42,555 bases of DNA from an uncultured Clostridia bacterium (lineage in GTDB: Bacteria > Aerophobota > Aerophobia > Aerophobales > B3-G15), in NCBI GenBank assembly GCA_964422215.1, contig CAYRAK010000001.1, positions 1 through 42,555 of the forward strand, given 5' to 3'. Numbering within the stretch: position 1 is the stretch's first letter; every line of letters begins with the position of its first letter. Below, piece by piece: positions 26,593 to 35,431 of the stretch. Below the pieces are notes generated by a model. It did not search any database, was not told the origin of the DNA, and worked only from the letters and a program-made list of their open reading frames with translations. The position numbers and the translations under genes were made by a program.

Positions 26593-27465
26593 TTAAAGAT
26601 CTTTTACAATACTTTTAAGATAACTTTTAATCTCAGGTCCAACTTCTTTATCTTTAAGAGCATATTTTATGTTTGCCTTAATCCAACCAGCCTTAGAACC
26701 CACATCGTGGTGTTCTCCTTCTATAAGACATGCGTAGATAGGCCTTTTTTTAGCTAAATTAAAAATACCATCTACAAGCCAAAGTTCATTATCCTTTCCA
26801 AGAGGAGTTTCTTCTAGAGCTTCGAAGATATCCGGAGTTAAAATATAACCCCCTATTGATGCTATTCTAGAGGGGGCTTTCTCTGGACCCGGCTTTTCCA
26901 CTATATTTTTCACTCTTAAAACTCCGGGTTTAACCTCTTCTCCATCTATGATTCCATATTTTTTTGTCTCCTCATCACTTACAAGATAGGCAGTAAGCAC
27001 AGGATTTTTATATTCCTCATAAACCTCCATAAGCTGCTTAAGACGAGGTTTTTTGCTTTCCACAAGGTCATCTCCCCAGACTACGGCAAATGGCTCATCT
27101 CCTATAACTGATTTTGCATTTAAAACAGGTGTGCCATTGCCGTAGGGTCCTTTTTGTCTAATAAAAATAAAATCAGCCATTTCTGAAATTTTACGTAACT
27201 TAGATAGAACTTCCAATTTTCCACTTTTTTCTAAATGTCGCTCAAGTTCAAGATTTCTGTCAAAGTGGTCCTCTATTGAAGTTTTATTTTGACTTATAAC
27301 AAATATAACTGTTTTTATCCCTGAAGCTACTGCTTCCTCTACAATGTATTGAATAGCTGGTTTATCAACAATAGGTAACATCTCTTTTGGTTGCGCTTTG
27401 GTAGCGGGAAGAAAGCGAGTACCAAAACCAGCAGAAGGAATAACAATTTTAGTGATCTGCCCCAT
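26593..27465 (-). CDS. galU: UTP-glucose-1-phosphate uridylyltransferase
   Basis: IPSAGFGTRFLPATKAQPKEMLPIVDKPAIQYIVEEA is a near-textbook GalU N-terminus. Confidence 0.9.
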   Translation of the reverse strand: MGQITKIVIPSAGFGTRFLPATKAQPKEMLPIVDKPAIQYIVEEAVASGIKTVIFVISQNKTSIEDHFDRNLELERHLEKSGKLEVLSKLRKISEMADFIFIRQKGPYGNGTPVLNAKSVIGDEPFAVVWGDDLVESKKPRLKQLMEVYEEYKNPVLTAYLVSDEETKKYGIIDGEEVKPGVLRVKNIVEKPGPEKAPSRIASIGGYILTPDIFEALEETPLGKDNELWLVDGIFNLAKKRPIYACLIEGEHHDVGSKAGWIKANIKYALKDKEVGPEIKSYLKSIVKDL

Positions 27466-27589
27466 ATAGTACCTCCTTTTAACCTTATTTATACATTTGC
27501 AAACAATATCTTCTGATACTTTATTTTCCCGTCCTGTTTTCCTATTCTAGCATAATAAGGTTATATATCAACCTCTACAGGTTCTACTC

Positions 27590-27617
27590 TTGTCATTACG
27601 TAAAATGACGTTATAAT
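27590..27617 (+). promoter_or_regulatory. Putative promoter for the Cof-type HAD gene (TTGTCA-16-TATAAT), with an embedded inverted repeat
   Basis: TTGTCA at 27590..27595 and TATAAT at 27612..27617. GTCATT-ACGTAA-AATGAC (27592..27609) fills the spacer. Confidence 0.4.
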
Positions 27618-27658
27618 ATGTGCCTATCTTAAGATGGGAGAAAAAGAGGTAGGACAAG

Positions 27659-28432
27659 ATGAATATAAAACTTGTAGCTTGTGATCTTGATAGGACTTTA
27701 ATAGAAGGAACTTCCTTGCTTCCAGAAGTTAAGGAACTTCTTGTTAAATTACCAAAAAAAGGGATTAAATTTGTTATTAATTCAGGTCGTCACCTGGAAG
27801 ATATTCTTAATATCCTATCCCAAAGCAAACTCAACTATCCCCAAGGATACCCTGAAGCTATAATTTCTAACCACGGAATATCAATTCACTATCTTGCAGG
27901 AAAAGGTTACACCGCCGATAAAGAATGGAATGAAAAAAGAGAAGAGGAACTTGCCATCCTCCGTCAGGAAATTGGTTGGAGAGGTAAACTTTGGGAAAAA
28001 ATAATTGAAGAAAAACTTGGCATTATCCCTGAAGATAAATTTATTGATTACGGGGTATTTACAATTTCTTTCAAGAGTGATCAAGAAGCAGAGAAGGTAA
28101 GACAGGTCCTTTTAAAAGAGAATAATTTCAAATATACAACCTTTATTCGTAACAAGCATTTTTTAAGTGTTGGCCTAACTACCGCTTTAAAAGGAAAATC
28201 TCTTGTCAGAGTAGCAAAACATTTTAAGATTAAACCTTCCCAAGTTCTTGCTATAGGAGACTCCCAAAACGATGAAGAGATGCTTAACGGAAACTTTGGT
28301 TTTATCCCTGCAGCTCCCTCCAATGCTGAGGAAAGAATAAAAACTCTTGTAAAGGCCAACTGTGGGTATGTTGCATCACAACCCAACGGCATAGGAGTAG
28401 TAGAAATAGTAACCCTGCTTTTAACTGATTGA
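27659..28432 (+). CDS. HAD-IIB (Cof-type) sugar-phosphate phosphatase family protein
   Basis: ACDLDRTL motif I, NSGR, and GDSQNDEEML motif IV. Confidence 0.8.
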   Translation: MNIKLVACDLDRTLIEGTSLLPEVKELLVKLPKKGIKFVINSGRHLEDILNILSQSKLNYPQGYPEAIISNHGISIHYLAGKGYTADKEWNEKREEELAILRQEIGWRGKLWEKIIEEKLGIIPEDKFIDYGVFTISFKSDQEAEKVRQVLLKENNFKYTTFIRNKHFLSVGLTTALKGKSLVRVAKHFKIKPSQVLAIGDSQNDEEMLNGNFGFIPAAPSNAEERIKTLVKANCGYVASQPNGIGVVEIVTLLLTD

Positions 28433-28471
28433 AAGTTCAACTTAAAATTATGATATGATATACTCCGGGTT

Positions 28472-29200
28472 TTATTTTTCAAATATAGGGGGGAGAGATC
28501 TTTTGTGGTATGTTCTTTTTATTGCACTCATTACTTTGTTAAGACTTGCAGGAGAGACTTCAAGGTTCTTTTCTCCCTCGATTTTACGAATGGCTTTATC
28601 TATCTCATGGTAAGTTATTCCCATCTCCTCCTCGTCTGTCTGTCCAGACCATAACCCTGCACTTGGTACCCGATTGACTATACTGTCAGGTATCCCAAGA
28701 TATTTTGCTATCTCTTTCACTTCTGTTTTTAAAAGCCCTCCAATGGGAAGTATATCAACGCCTCCATCCCCGTATTTAGTGAAGTACCCCATCATTATCT
28801 CGCTTTTATTGCCGGTTCCTATAACAAGATAATTTAATGTATTTGCAAAATAATAAAGAGTGATCATTCTTATTCTTGGTTTAATATTGGCCTCAGCTAT
28901 TTTATTTCCTGGAGGAAGAATTTCTTTGAATTTATCATAAACAGGCTCTAAAAAAACTTCTCGAGTAGGGATACTAAACCTTTCTGCAACTTCTCTTGCA
29001 CACCTAACATCCTCGGGATCAGAATAACAGGGCATAATAACACCAAGAACCTTATCACCAAGAGCTTTTTTCGATAAAACAGCAACAACAGCAGAGTCAA
29101 TTCCTCCACTTAATCCTAAAACACCACCTTTTGAATTTGCCTCCTCAACTTTTTCTTTTATCCACAAAGATATTCTTTCACATAACTGAGCAGGATCCAT
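28472..29200 (-). CDS. nadE: NH3-dependent NAD+ synthetase
   Basis: GLSGGIDSAVVA PP-loop motif, about 240 aa, with conserved GYFTKYGDGG. Confidence 0.9.
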   Translation of the reverse strand: MDPAQLCERISLWIKEKVEEANSKGGVLGLSGGIDSAVVAVLSKKALGDKVLGVIMPCYSDPEDVRCAREVAERFSIPTREVFLEPVYDKFKEILPPGNKIAEANIKPRIRMITLYYFANTLNYLVIGTGNKSEIMMGYFTKYGDGGVDILPIGGLLKTEVKEIAKYLGIPDSIVNRVPSAGLWSGQTDEEEMGITYHEIDKAIRKIEGEKNLEVSPASLNKVMSAIKRTYHKRSLPPIFEK

Positions 29201-29225
29201 ATCCCCATACCTCCTATTTTGTCTT

Positions 29226-29699
29226 TTATAATTTTTCCTTTAATTTTCTGTAGGTTTCCTCCAAGGCCTCTGGGATTACTTTAGTTTCCGAAAAAAGAGG
29301 CATAAAATTATAATCTCCAGTCCAACGGGGAACAACATGAAAATGAACGTGGTCTACAATTCCCGCCCCTGCAGCTTTTCCCAAGTTAGCACCTATATTA
29401 AATCCCTCAGGTCTCATTGCTTCTTTCAGAGTTTTTATCATCCTCTTTATAAGATGTATCAACTCTTTCATTTCCTCAAAGGTCATTTGTTCCACGGATG
29501 GTATATGCCTGTAAGGAGCAATCATCAAATGTCCATTATTATAAGGAAAGATATTCAACATAACAAAACAAGTTTTGCCTCTTAGAAGAATGTAATTTTC
29601 CTCATCTTTTTTCTCTTTCGACTTCTCACAAAAAATACACTTTCCCTTTTTCTCTCCAGTAACATACTTGGACCGCCAAGGCGCCCAGAGTCTATGCAT
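29226..29699 (-). CDS. HIT-family nucleotide hydrolase/transferase
   Basis: HVHFHVVPR histidine-triad motif, plus an N-terminal CIFC zinc-like motif. Confidence 0.9.
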   Translation of the reverse strand: MHRLWAPWRSKYVTGEKKGKCIFCEKSKEKKDEENYILLRGKTCFVMLNIFPYNNGHLMIAPYRHIPSVEQMTFEEMKELIHLIKRMIKTLKEAMRPEGFNIGANLGKAAGAGIVDHVHFHVVPRWTGDYNFMPLFSETKVIPEALEETYRKLKEKL

Positions 29700-29743
29700 G
29701 GCTTTTCTCTTTTTTGCCTTTACAATAGCAAATCTAGAGACTT

Positions 29744-29781
29744 TGTCAATTTCTTGACAGGGGGAGGAGAGGTTGTAAAAT
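29744..29781. promoter_or_regulatory. Back-to-back divergent promoters: plus strand TTGACA-16-TAAAAT toward dnaA, and a minus-strand TTGACA toward the HIT gene
   Basis: tgtcaa at 29744..29749 and TTGACA at 29754..29759 form an inverted pair. TAAAAT is at 29776..29781. Confidence 0.35.
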
Positions 29782-29812
29782 TAAATGTGCTCTCATTCTC
29801 ATCGTATTATTC

Positions 29813-29927
29813 TGTGTATAACTTATAAAAGACTTTTTCATTCTTAATGTGAGTGAGGGCAAAAAATTATGTTTTTCTTCTTTCTTACTTTTTTACTAGG
29901 TTTCAAGTTATCCACAGCTGTGGATAA
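29813..29927. promoter_or_regulatory. Upstream DnaA-box cluster (dnaA autoregulation and/or the left part of oriC)
   Basis: TGTGTATAA at 29813..29821 (1 mismatch). A perfect 20-bp palindrome TTATCCACAGCTGTGGATAA at 29908..29927 holds two consensus boxes head to head. The AT-rich run 29864..29900 lies between. Confidence 0.7.
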
Positions 29928-29968
29928 TTCTGTGATTAACTACCAATAAAGGTAAAGAAAGATAAGCT

Positions 29969-31318
29969 ATGGAAAGGAATGGAAAAAACTTATGGGAAGA
30001 GCTTTTAAGGAAAATAAAAGATAAAATAGATAAGAGGAATTTTGACTTGTGGATAAAACCTCTTCAGTTTCATTCTTTCTCCTCTAATAAGCTTGTAATA
30101 AGGGTTCCAAATCAATTCTTTAAAGAAAGAGTGGAAGAAAAGTATCTCCCTATGCTTCAACTAAAGCTAAATGAACTGGAAAAAGAAAAAATAGAACTCC
30201 AATTTTACGTTTCTCCTAAGGAAGAAGAACATCACTTAAGGCAGGGATTAACTCGAGAAAAGACATCGCTTCTCACAAGTAGGAACATCTACTATTCTCG
30301 GTTAAATCCCCGCTACAACTTTGATACTTTTGTGGTGGGAAACAACAATAGACTTGCCCATGCTGCTGCACTTGCAGTAGCTCAATCTCCCTCTGCTACT
30401 TACAATCCCCTTTTTATATACGGTGATGTAGGACTTGGAAAAACTCACCTTTTACAAGCTATTGCTCATTTTATCCTTGAAAATAAACCTGAACTTACTT
30501 TCTCATATCTCTCGTCTGAACAATTCACCAATGAGCTGATTGATGCAATAAGGGATGATAAAACGGTAGAATTTAGAAAAAAGTATAGAAACACAGATGT
30601 GCTACTTGTAGATGATATACACTTTTTAGCAGGAAAAGAAAGAACTCAAGAAGAATTTTTTCACACCTTTAACGCTTTATATGAGGCTCATCGCCAAATA
30701 GTTTTATCAAGTGATAGACCACCAACAGAAATTCCAACACTGGAAAAGAGACTTCGTTCTAGATTTGAGTGGGGACTGATTACTGACATTCAACCTCCAG
30801 ATCTCGAAACAAGAATTGCTATTTTAAAGAAAAAGGCTTCTTTGGAAAATATAAATTTGGATGATTCAATAGCAGTTTTTATTGCAGAAAGAGTAAAAAC
30901 CAACATCCGCAAACTTGAAGGATGTCTTATGAGACTTGTTGCATACTCTTCTCTTTACAATGAGGAGATCACTGTTGATTTAGCAAAAGAAATTCTCAAA
31001 GATATAATTCCTCCTAAGGAGACAAAATCAATTACAATTGAGGCAATTCAAAAACATGTAGCCCAGTACTATAAAATTAAAGAATCTCAATTGGTAGGAA
31101 AAAAGAGAGTAAAATCTGTTGCTTTCCCGAGACAGATAGCTATGTATCTTTGTAGAGAGCTTACAGAGTATTCTTTTCCTGAAATTGCAAAAAAGTTTGG
31201 AGGCAAAGACCATACAACAGTTATCTATGCTTGGAGAAAAATAAAAGAGGAAAGAATGAAAAATAAAAACCTTAATAGAGAAATAGAGGAACTCATTCAT
31301 AAGATAAGAACCTATTAA
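29969..31318 (+). CDS. dnaA: Chromosomal replication initiator protein DnaA
   Basis: NPLFIYGDVGLGKTHLL Walker A, LLVDDIHF, sensor motifs, and the C-terminal DNA-binding HTH (FGGKDHTTVIYAWRKI). Confidence 0.97.
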   Translation: MERNGKNLWEELLRKIKDKIDKRNFDLWIKPLQFHSFSSNKLVIRVPNQFFKERVEEKYLPMLQLKLNELEKEKIELQFYVSPKEEEHHLRQGLTREKTSLLTSRNIYYSRLNPRYNFDTFVVGNNNRLAHAAALAVAQSPSATYNPLFIYGDVGLGKTHLLQAIAHFILENKPELTFSYLSSEQFTNELIDAIRDDKTVEFRKKYRNTDVLLVDDIHFLAGKERTQEEFFHTFNALYEAHRQIVLSSDRPPTEIPTLEKRLRSRFEWGLITDIQPPDLETRIAILKKKASLENINLDDSIAVFIAERVKTNIRKLEGCLMRLVAYSSLYNEEITVDLAKEILKDIIPPKETKSITIEAIQKHVAQYYKIKESQLVGKKRVKSVAFPRQIAMYLCRELTEYSFPEIAKKFGGKDHTTVIYAWRKIKEERMKNKNLNREIEELIHKIRTY

Positions 31319-31344
31319 TAACATGTTCAAAAGAGAGTAAAATA

Positions 31345-31484
31345 TGTGTATAGATGTGGATAAGTTAAACAAAAAAATAAAAATTTTTTCCTTCCAAGAA
31401 AAACTGTGGAAAAATTATCAAGTTATCCACCATGAATTTATCCTGTTAAATATAAGCTAGGTAATGTTTTAAAATGTTATCCAA
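31345..31484. other. oriC candidate: DnaA-box cluster plus an AT-rich unwinding element downstream of dnaA
   Basis: TGTGGATAA at 31355..31363 (perfect). One-mismatch boxes at 31404..31412, 31422..31430 and 31476..31484. Two-mismatch boxes at 31345..31353 and 31437..31445. The A/T run is at 31364..31392. Confidence 0.6.
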
Positions 31485-31522
31485 ATAATTCACATCCTCT
31501 ACTACTTTTACTAAGGTTATAT

Positions 31523-32329
31523 ATGTATAAAAAAAGAGAAGAAGTAATAGGTCTTTTAGCAGGTGGAGGAGACTTACCAGTTGTTTTTGCGTCTAATGCG
31601 AAAAAAAATGTAATTGTTGTAGGTGTTAAAGGTATAACTTCAGAAAAATTGAAAGAAAACGCTAAAAAAGTTTACTTTTTAAATCTCAATGAGTTTGATA
31701 AATGTCTTGATTTTTTTCAGAGAGAAAAAGTCCACAAGATAGTTTTATTAGGTAAATTTAACAAAGATCTTCTTTTTCGCCACTTAAATGTTTTTAATTC
31801 TTTTAAAAAAATACTTTCAAAACTGGAAAATGGACAAGATCTTTCTTTTTTTAAGCTTATAGATAAAGAAGCTAAAAATAGAGGAATACAAATTACAGAG
31901 CCTTTATCTTATCTTTCCCACCTTCTTGTAAAGGAGAAGAGATTAACTAAAACTTTCCCTACTAAAAAGGAACTCGAGGACATAAAGTTTGGGTGGAAAA
32001 TTGCTAAAGAGCTTGCTAATTTAGACATAGGTCAAACGGTGGTTGTAAAAAATTCAACCGTAATTGCAGTAGAGGCGATAGAAGGTACAGATGAAACTAT
32101 TCTTAGAGCTGGACGTTTAGGGGGAGAGGGAAATGTAGTAGTTAAAGTTGCAAGACCTTTTCAGGATATGAGGTTTGATATTCCAGTAGTAGGACCTACC
32201 ACTCTTATGAATATGGCTAAGGTGAAATGTAGAGTTTTAGCTATAGAAAAAGAAAAGGTAATATTACTGCACAAACCAGAGGTTGTAAGAATTGCCAATG
32301 AGAGTAAAATTAGTATAGTAGGAATATAA
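31523..32329 (+). CDS. lpxI: LpxI-family UDP-2,3-diacylglucosamine hydrolase (DUF1009)
   Basis: GLLAGGGDLP N-terminus, DIGQTVVV, AVEAIEGTDETI and PFQDMRFDIPVVGPTT, typical of LpxI. Confidence 0.8.
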   Translation: MYKKREEVIGLLAGGGDLPVVFASNAKKNVIVVGVKGITSEKLKENAKKVYFLNLNEFDKCLDFFQREKVHKIVLLGKFNKDLLFRHLNVFNSFKKILSKLENGQDLSFFKLIDKEAKNRGIQITEPLSYLSHLLVKEKRLTKTFPTKKELEDIKFGWKIAKELANLDIGQTVVVKNSTVIAVEAIEGTDETILRAGRLGGEGNVVVKVARPFQDMRFDIPVVGPTTLMNMAKVKCRVLAIEKEKVILLHKPEVVRIANESKISIVGI

Positions 32330-32362
32330 TAGGATGATGTAATCAAAAGAGAGGAGGTTAAG

Positions 32363-32686
32363 ATGAGCGCCGTAAAAGAGATAAAAGAAGACGATTTCAA
32401 AAAAGAAGTTTTAGAATCTAATAAACCAGTTTTGGTAGATTTTTGGGCAGAATGGTGTGGACCCTGTAAAAGAATGGAACCTGTAATTGAAGCATTAAGC
32501 AAGGAATTTAAAGATAATATTAAGTTTTTTAAGCTTAATGTAGATGAAAATCCTTCTATTACTTACGAATATGGTGTAAGGAGTATTCCTACTTTTTTCT
32601 TGTTTAAAAATGGTGAAGTAGTGGATAGGGTAATAGGAGTCACGAGTAGAAAAGAGCTTTCTAAAAGATTAAAAAGACTTATCTAA
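32363..32686 (+). CDS. trxA: Thioredoxin
   Basis: WAEWCGPCK active site, 107 aa. Confidence 0.95.
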   Translation: MSAVKEIKEDDFKKEVLESNKPVLVDFWAEWCGPCKRMEPVIEALSKEFKDNIKFFKLNVDENPSITYEYGVRSIPTFFLFKNGEVVDRVIGVTSRKELSKRLKRLI

Positions 32687-32693
32687 TAAAAAA

Positions 32694-34550
32694 ATGAGAT
32701 ATAAAGAAGAAAAAAAAGAGAAAATTAAGGTCACCTTTTTACCTGAAGGCAAAAAGGTGACCTTAATTTCTCCTATAAGCTTAAAAGAAGCTATAAATAA
32801 AGCTAATATTGATTTCCGTTTTCCTTGTGGAGGAAAAGGATTATGCGGCAAATGTAAAGTCAAAGTTGAAGGCAATGTAAATTCTCCCACATCTAAGGAA
32901 AAGGAAGTTATTTCAGATTTTTTGAACAAAGGATATCGACTTGCCTGTCAGGTTATCCTGAAAGGTGATGCCCAGGTTGAAATACCTGCCTCTTCTTTAA
33001 TATCAGATCTTCAAATTTTAACAGAATACTCAAAAGAAAAATTAAAAATAGATCCTTCAGTTAAAAAGCTCTATATACATCTTCCCAAACCTACACTTGA
33101 GGATCAAATCTCAGATGTAACCCGCATAAAAAGAGAATTTGAAAAGAAAGGTTTTGGTAGATTAAAAGTAGAACTGGATATTGCAAAAAAAATCCCTTAC
33201 TTACTACGCAAAAGTGATTTTAAGGTTACTTTAGTTGTGGATGATGGAGAACTTATAGCTTTGGAGAAGAACGATACGAGAGGAAAAAATTTTGGTGTTG
33301 CTTTTGATATTGGTACTACTACTCTTGTTGGAACTTTAGTGGACTTAGATACAGGGGAAAAAGTTGCCACAAAAGCTCTTTTGAATCCACAGATAAGTTA
33401 TGGAGACGATGTTATATCTAGAATAAGCTATATTCAGGAAAATCCAAATAGGTTAGCCGAACTTCAAAGGGAGGTACTTGAGGGAATTAATAAAATAATC
33501 AGTGATTTACAAAAAACTACGGGAGTTAAAAAAGAGAATATATATCAGGCAACTTTTGTAGGAAATACAGTAATGCAACATCTACTTTTGGGTATAAATC
33601 CTCTAAATTTGGCTTTATATCCTTATGTTCCAGTGATCCAGGATCCTGTAGTTGTACAAAGTTTTAAAATTGGAGTGGATATCAATCCTTTTGGTAAAGT
33701 TTACATATTCCCCAACATTGCAGCTTTTATTGGAGGAGATACGGTAGGAGTAATTTTAGCTACCGGACTTCACCAAAAAAATAAAAAAATAAGATTAGCC
33801 GTTGATATTGGAACCAATGGAGAGATAGTTTTGTCTTATAAAGGAAAATTAATAGCTGCATCTACTGCTGCTGGACCTGCTTTTGAAGGAGCCCGTATAA
33901 CTCAAGGAATGTGGGCTCAAAAAGGAGCAATAGAAAAAGTAAAACTTGAAGAAGGGAAAGTTATTGTTCAAACTATAGGAGGTGGGGAACCACAAGGTAT
34001 TTGTGGAAGTGGTCTTATAGATATTGTAAGTGAGCTTTATAGAGAAGGAATAATTGATATATCAGGTAGAATAAAGAGTCCTGAAGAACAACCTGATGTA
34101 TGGAAAAAGAGGGTTGTGAGAGATGAAAATGGAAGTAAATTTATTTTAGTAGAAAGAGAAAAAAAACCTCATCTTTTTATTTCTCAAAAGGATATACGAG
34201 AATTTCAGCTTGCTAAGGCTGCAATTTGTACAGGCATAAAGATGCTTCTTATGTTCTCAAATATAGAAAGGGAACATATAGAGGAAGTTCTTATAGCAGG
34301 AGCATTTGGAAATTATATAAACATACAAAATGCCTTTCAAATAGGACTTTTTCCTACCTTTCCTAATGCAGAGATAAAAAATGTTGGTAATGCTGCAAGT
34401 ATGGGTGCTATTAAAGCTCTTCTATCTAAAACTTACCGCAAAGAAGCAGAAAAAATTCCCTCCCAAGTCCAGTATGTGGAGCTTGCGGCTAATCCTCATT
34501 TTCAAGATATTCTTACAGAATCTATCCTCTTAGGCGAACAAGGTAACTAA
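32694..34550 (+). CDS. Corrinoid activation/regeneration protein (RACo-type): N-terminal [2Fe-2S] ferredoxin plus an ASKHA ATPase domain
   Basis: CGGKGLCGKCKV...C plant-type ferredoxin motif, then FDIGTTT and DIGTNGE ASKHA phosphate motifs. About 620 aa. Confidence 0.8.
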   Translation: MRYKEEKKEKIKVTFLPEGKKVTLISPISLKEAINKANIDFRFPCGGKGLCGKCKVKVEGNVNSPTSKEKEVISDFLNKGYRLACQVILKGDAQVEIPASSLISDLQILTEYSKEKLKIDPSVKKLYIHLPKPTLEDQISDVTRIKREFEKKGFGRLKVELDIAKKIPYLLRKSDFKVTLVVDDGELIALEKNDTRGKNFGVAFDIGTTTLVGTLVDLDTGEKVATKALLNPQISYGDDVISRISYIQENPNRLAELQREVLEGINKIISDLQKTTGVKKENIYQATFVGNTVMQHLLLGINPLNLALYPYVPVIQDPVVVQSFKIGVDINPFGKVYIFPNIAAFIGGDTVGVILATGLHQKNKKIRLAVDIGTNGEIVLSYKGKLIAASTAAGPAFEGARITQGMWAQKGAIEKVKLEEGKVIVQTIGGGEPQGICGSGLIDIVSELYREGIIDISGRIKSPEEQPDVWKKRVVRDENGSKFILVEREKKPHLFISQKDIREFQLAKAAICTGIKMLLMFSNIEREHIEEVLIAGAFGNYINIQNAFQIGLFPTFPNAEIKNVGNAASMGAIKALLSKTYRKEAEKIPSQVQYVELAANPHFQDILTESILLGEQGN

Positions 34551-34756
34551 TAAGCTTTTGTTGAAGTTTTTGTGTTCTCTTGTACAAGCTTTTGTGGTAT
34601 TACTTTTCCTTCTTTAAATTCCTGTAGTGCAATAGAGGTTAATTTTTTTGTAATATTAAGAAGTATTCTTTTGTCCTTTTCTTTCACAAGCTCCCTTACT
34701 CGCTGGATAAGAGTATAAGTAAGAGCAAACTTATCATCTATCCTTGTTTTATGCAT
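34547..34756 (-). CDS. rpoZ: DNA-directed RNA polymerase omega subunit. The true start is possibly upstream at CTG 34783.
   Basis: Conserved position directly after gmk, small size, and KFALTYTLIQRVREL resembling the omega core helix. The upstream in-frame extension adds an IDEL-type N-terminus (see findings). Confidence 0.6.
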   Translation of the reverse strand: MHKTRIDDKFALTYTLIQRVRELVKEKDKRILLNITKKLTSIALQEFKEGKVIPQKLVQENTKTSTKAY

Positions 34757-34804
34757 AAGCTCATCAATAAAATATCTACTCAGTGGTCCCCTCCTTTTTA
34801 ATTT

Positions 34805-35419
34805 TTATTTAATTATAGATGATAGTGTTTTATCATCTACTCTACTAATTCTACTACGTTCTGCCTCAATTATTGTAATAAGTTGCTTTAAGGCTTTGTT
34901 AATATCATCGTTAACCACAAAGTAATCATAAAAAGGTAGATGTTTTATCTCTTCTTTCGCTCTTTCAAGTCTTCTTTTTATGCTTTTCTCATCATCTAAG
35001 GCTCTGCTTTTCAAACGCTTCTCTAACTCCTTCCAGGAAGGGGGTAGGATAAATATTAAAATAGCTTGTGGATATTTTTCCTTTATTTTCCTTCCACCAT
35101 TTACATCAACCTCCAAGACAACATCTTTACCTGCTTCTAAGTTTTTTTTCAAAAAATCTGCAGAAGTCCCGTAAAGATGTCCGTGCACCTCTGCCCATTC
35201 GATAAAGGTGTTTTTCTCGATAAGTTTTTCAAATTCCTCACGAGAGACAAAATAATAATCCACACCTTCTATTTCGTTTTTTCTAGGAGGACGAGTAGTA
35301 AAGGAAACCGAACTTATAAAAGAAGGACAGCTTTGTAAAAGCCTTTTACAGAGAGTAGTTTTACCTGCCCCTGCTGGAGCTGAAATAACAACAATTAAGC
35401 CCTTTACTTTTTGTAACAC
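34805..35419 (-). CDS. gmk: Guanylate kinase
   Basis: SAPAGAGKTT P-loop, TTRPPR, and GVDYYFVS. Confidence 0.95.
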   Translation of the reverse strand: MLQKVKGLIVVISAPAGAGKTTLCKRLLQSCPSFISSVSFTTRPPRKNEIEGVDYYFVSREEFEKLIEKNTFIEWAEVHGHLYGTSADFLKKNLEAGKDVVLEVDVNGGRKIKEKYPQAILIFILPPSWKELEKRLKSRALDDEKSIKRRLERAKEEIKHLPFYDYFVVNDDINKALKQLITIIEAERSRISRVDDKTLSSIIK

Positions 35420-35431
35420 ATCCTACTCCAT

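Noticed and set aside
34805-34807. gmk stop codon in frame with rpoZ: possible read-through fusion
   Set aside because: A strong Shine-Dalgarno sequence sits between the two genes, and separate gmk and rpoZ genes are the conserved norm. Same-frame placement has a 1-in-3 chance expectation.
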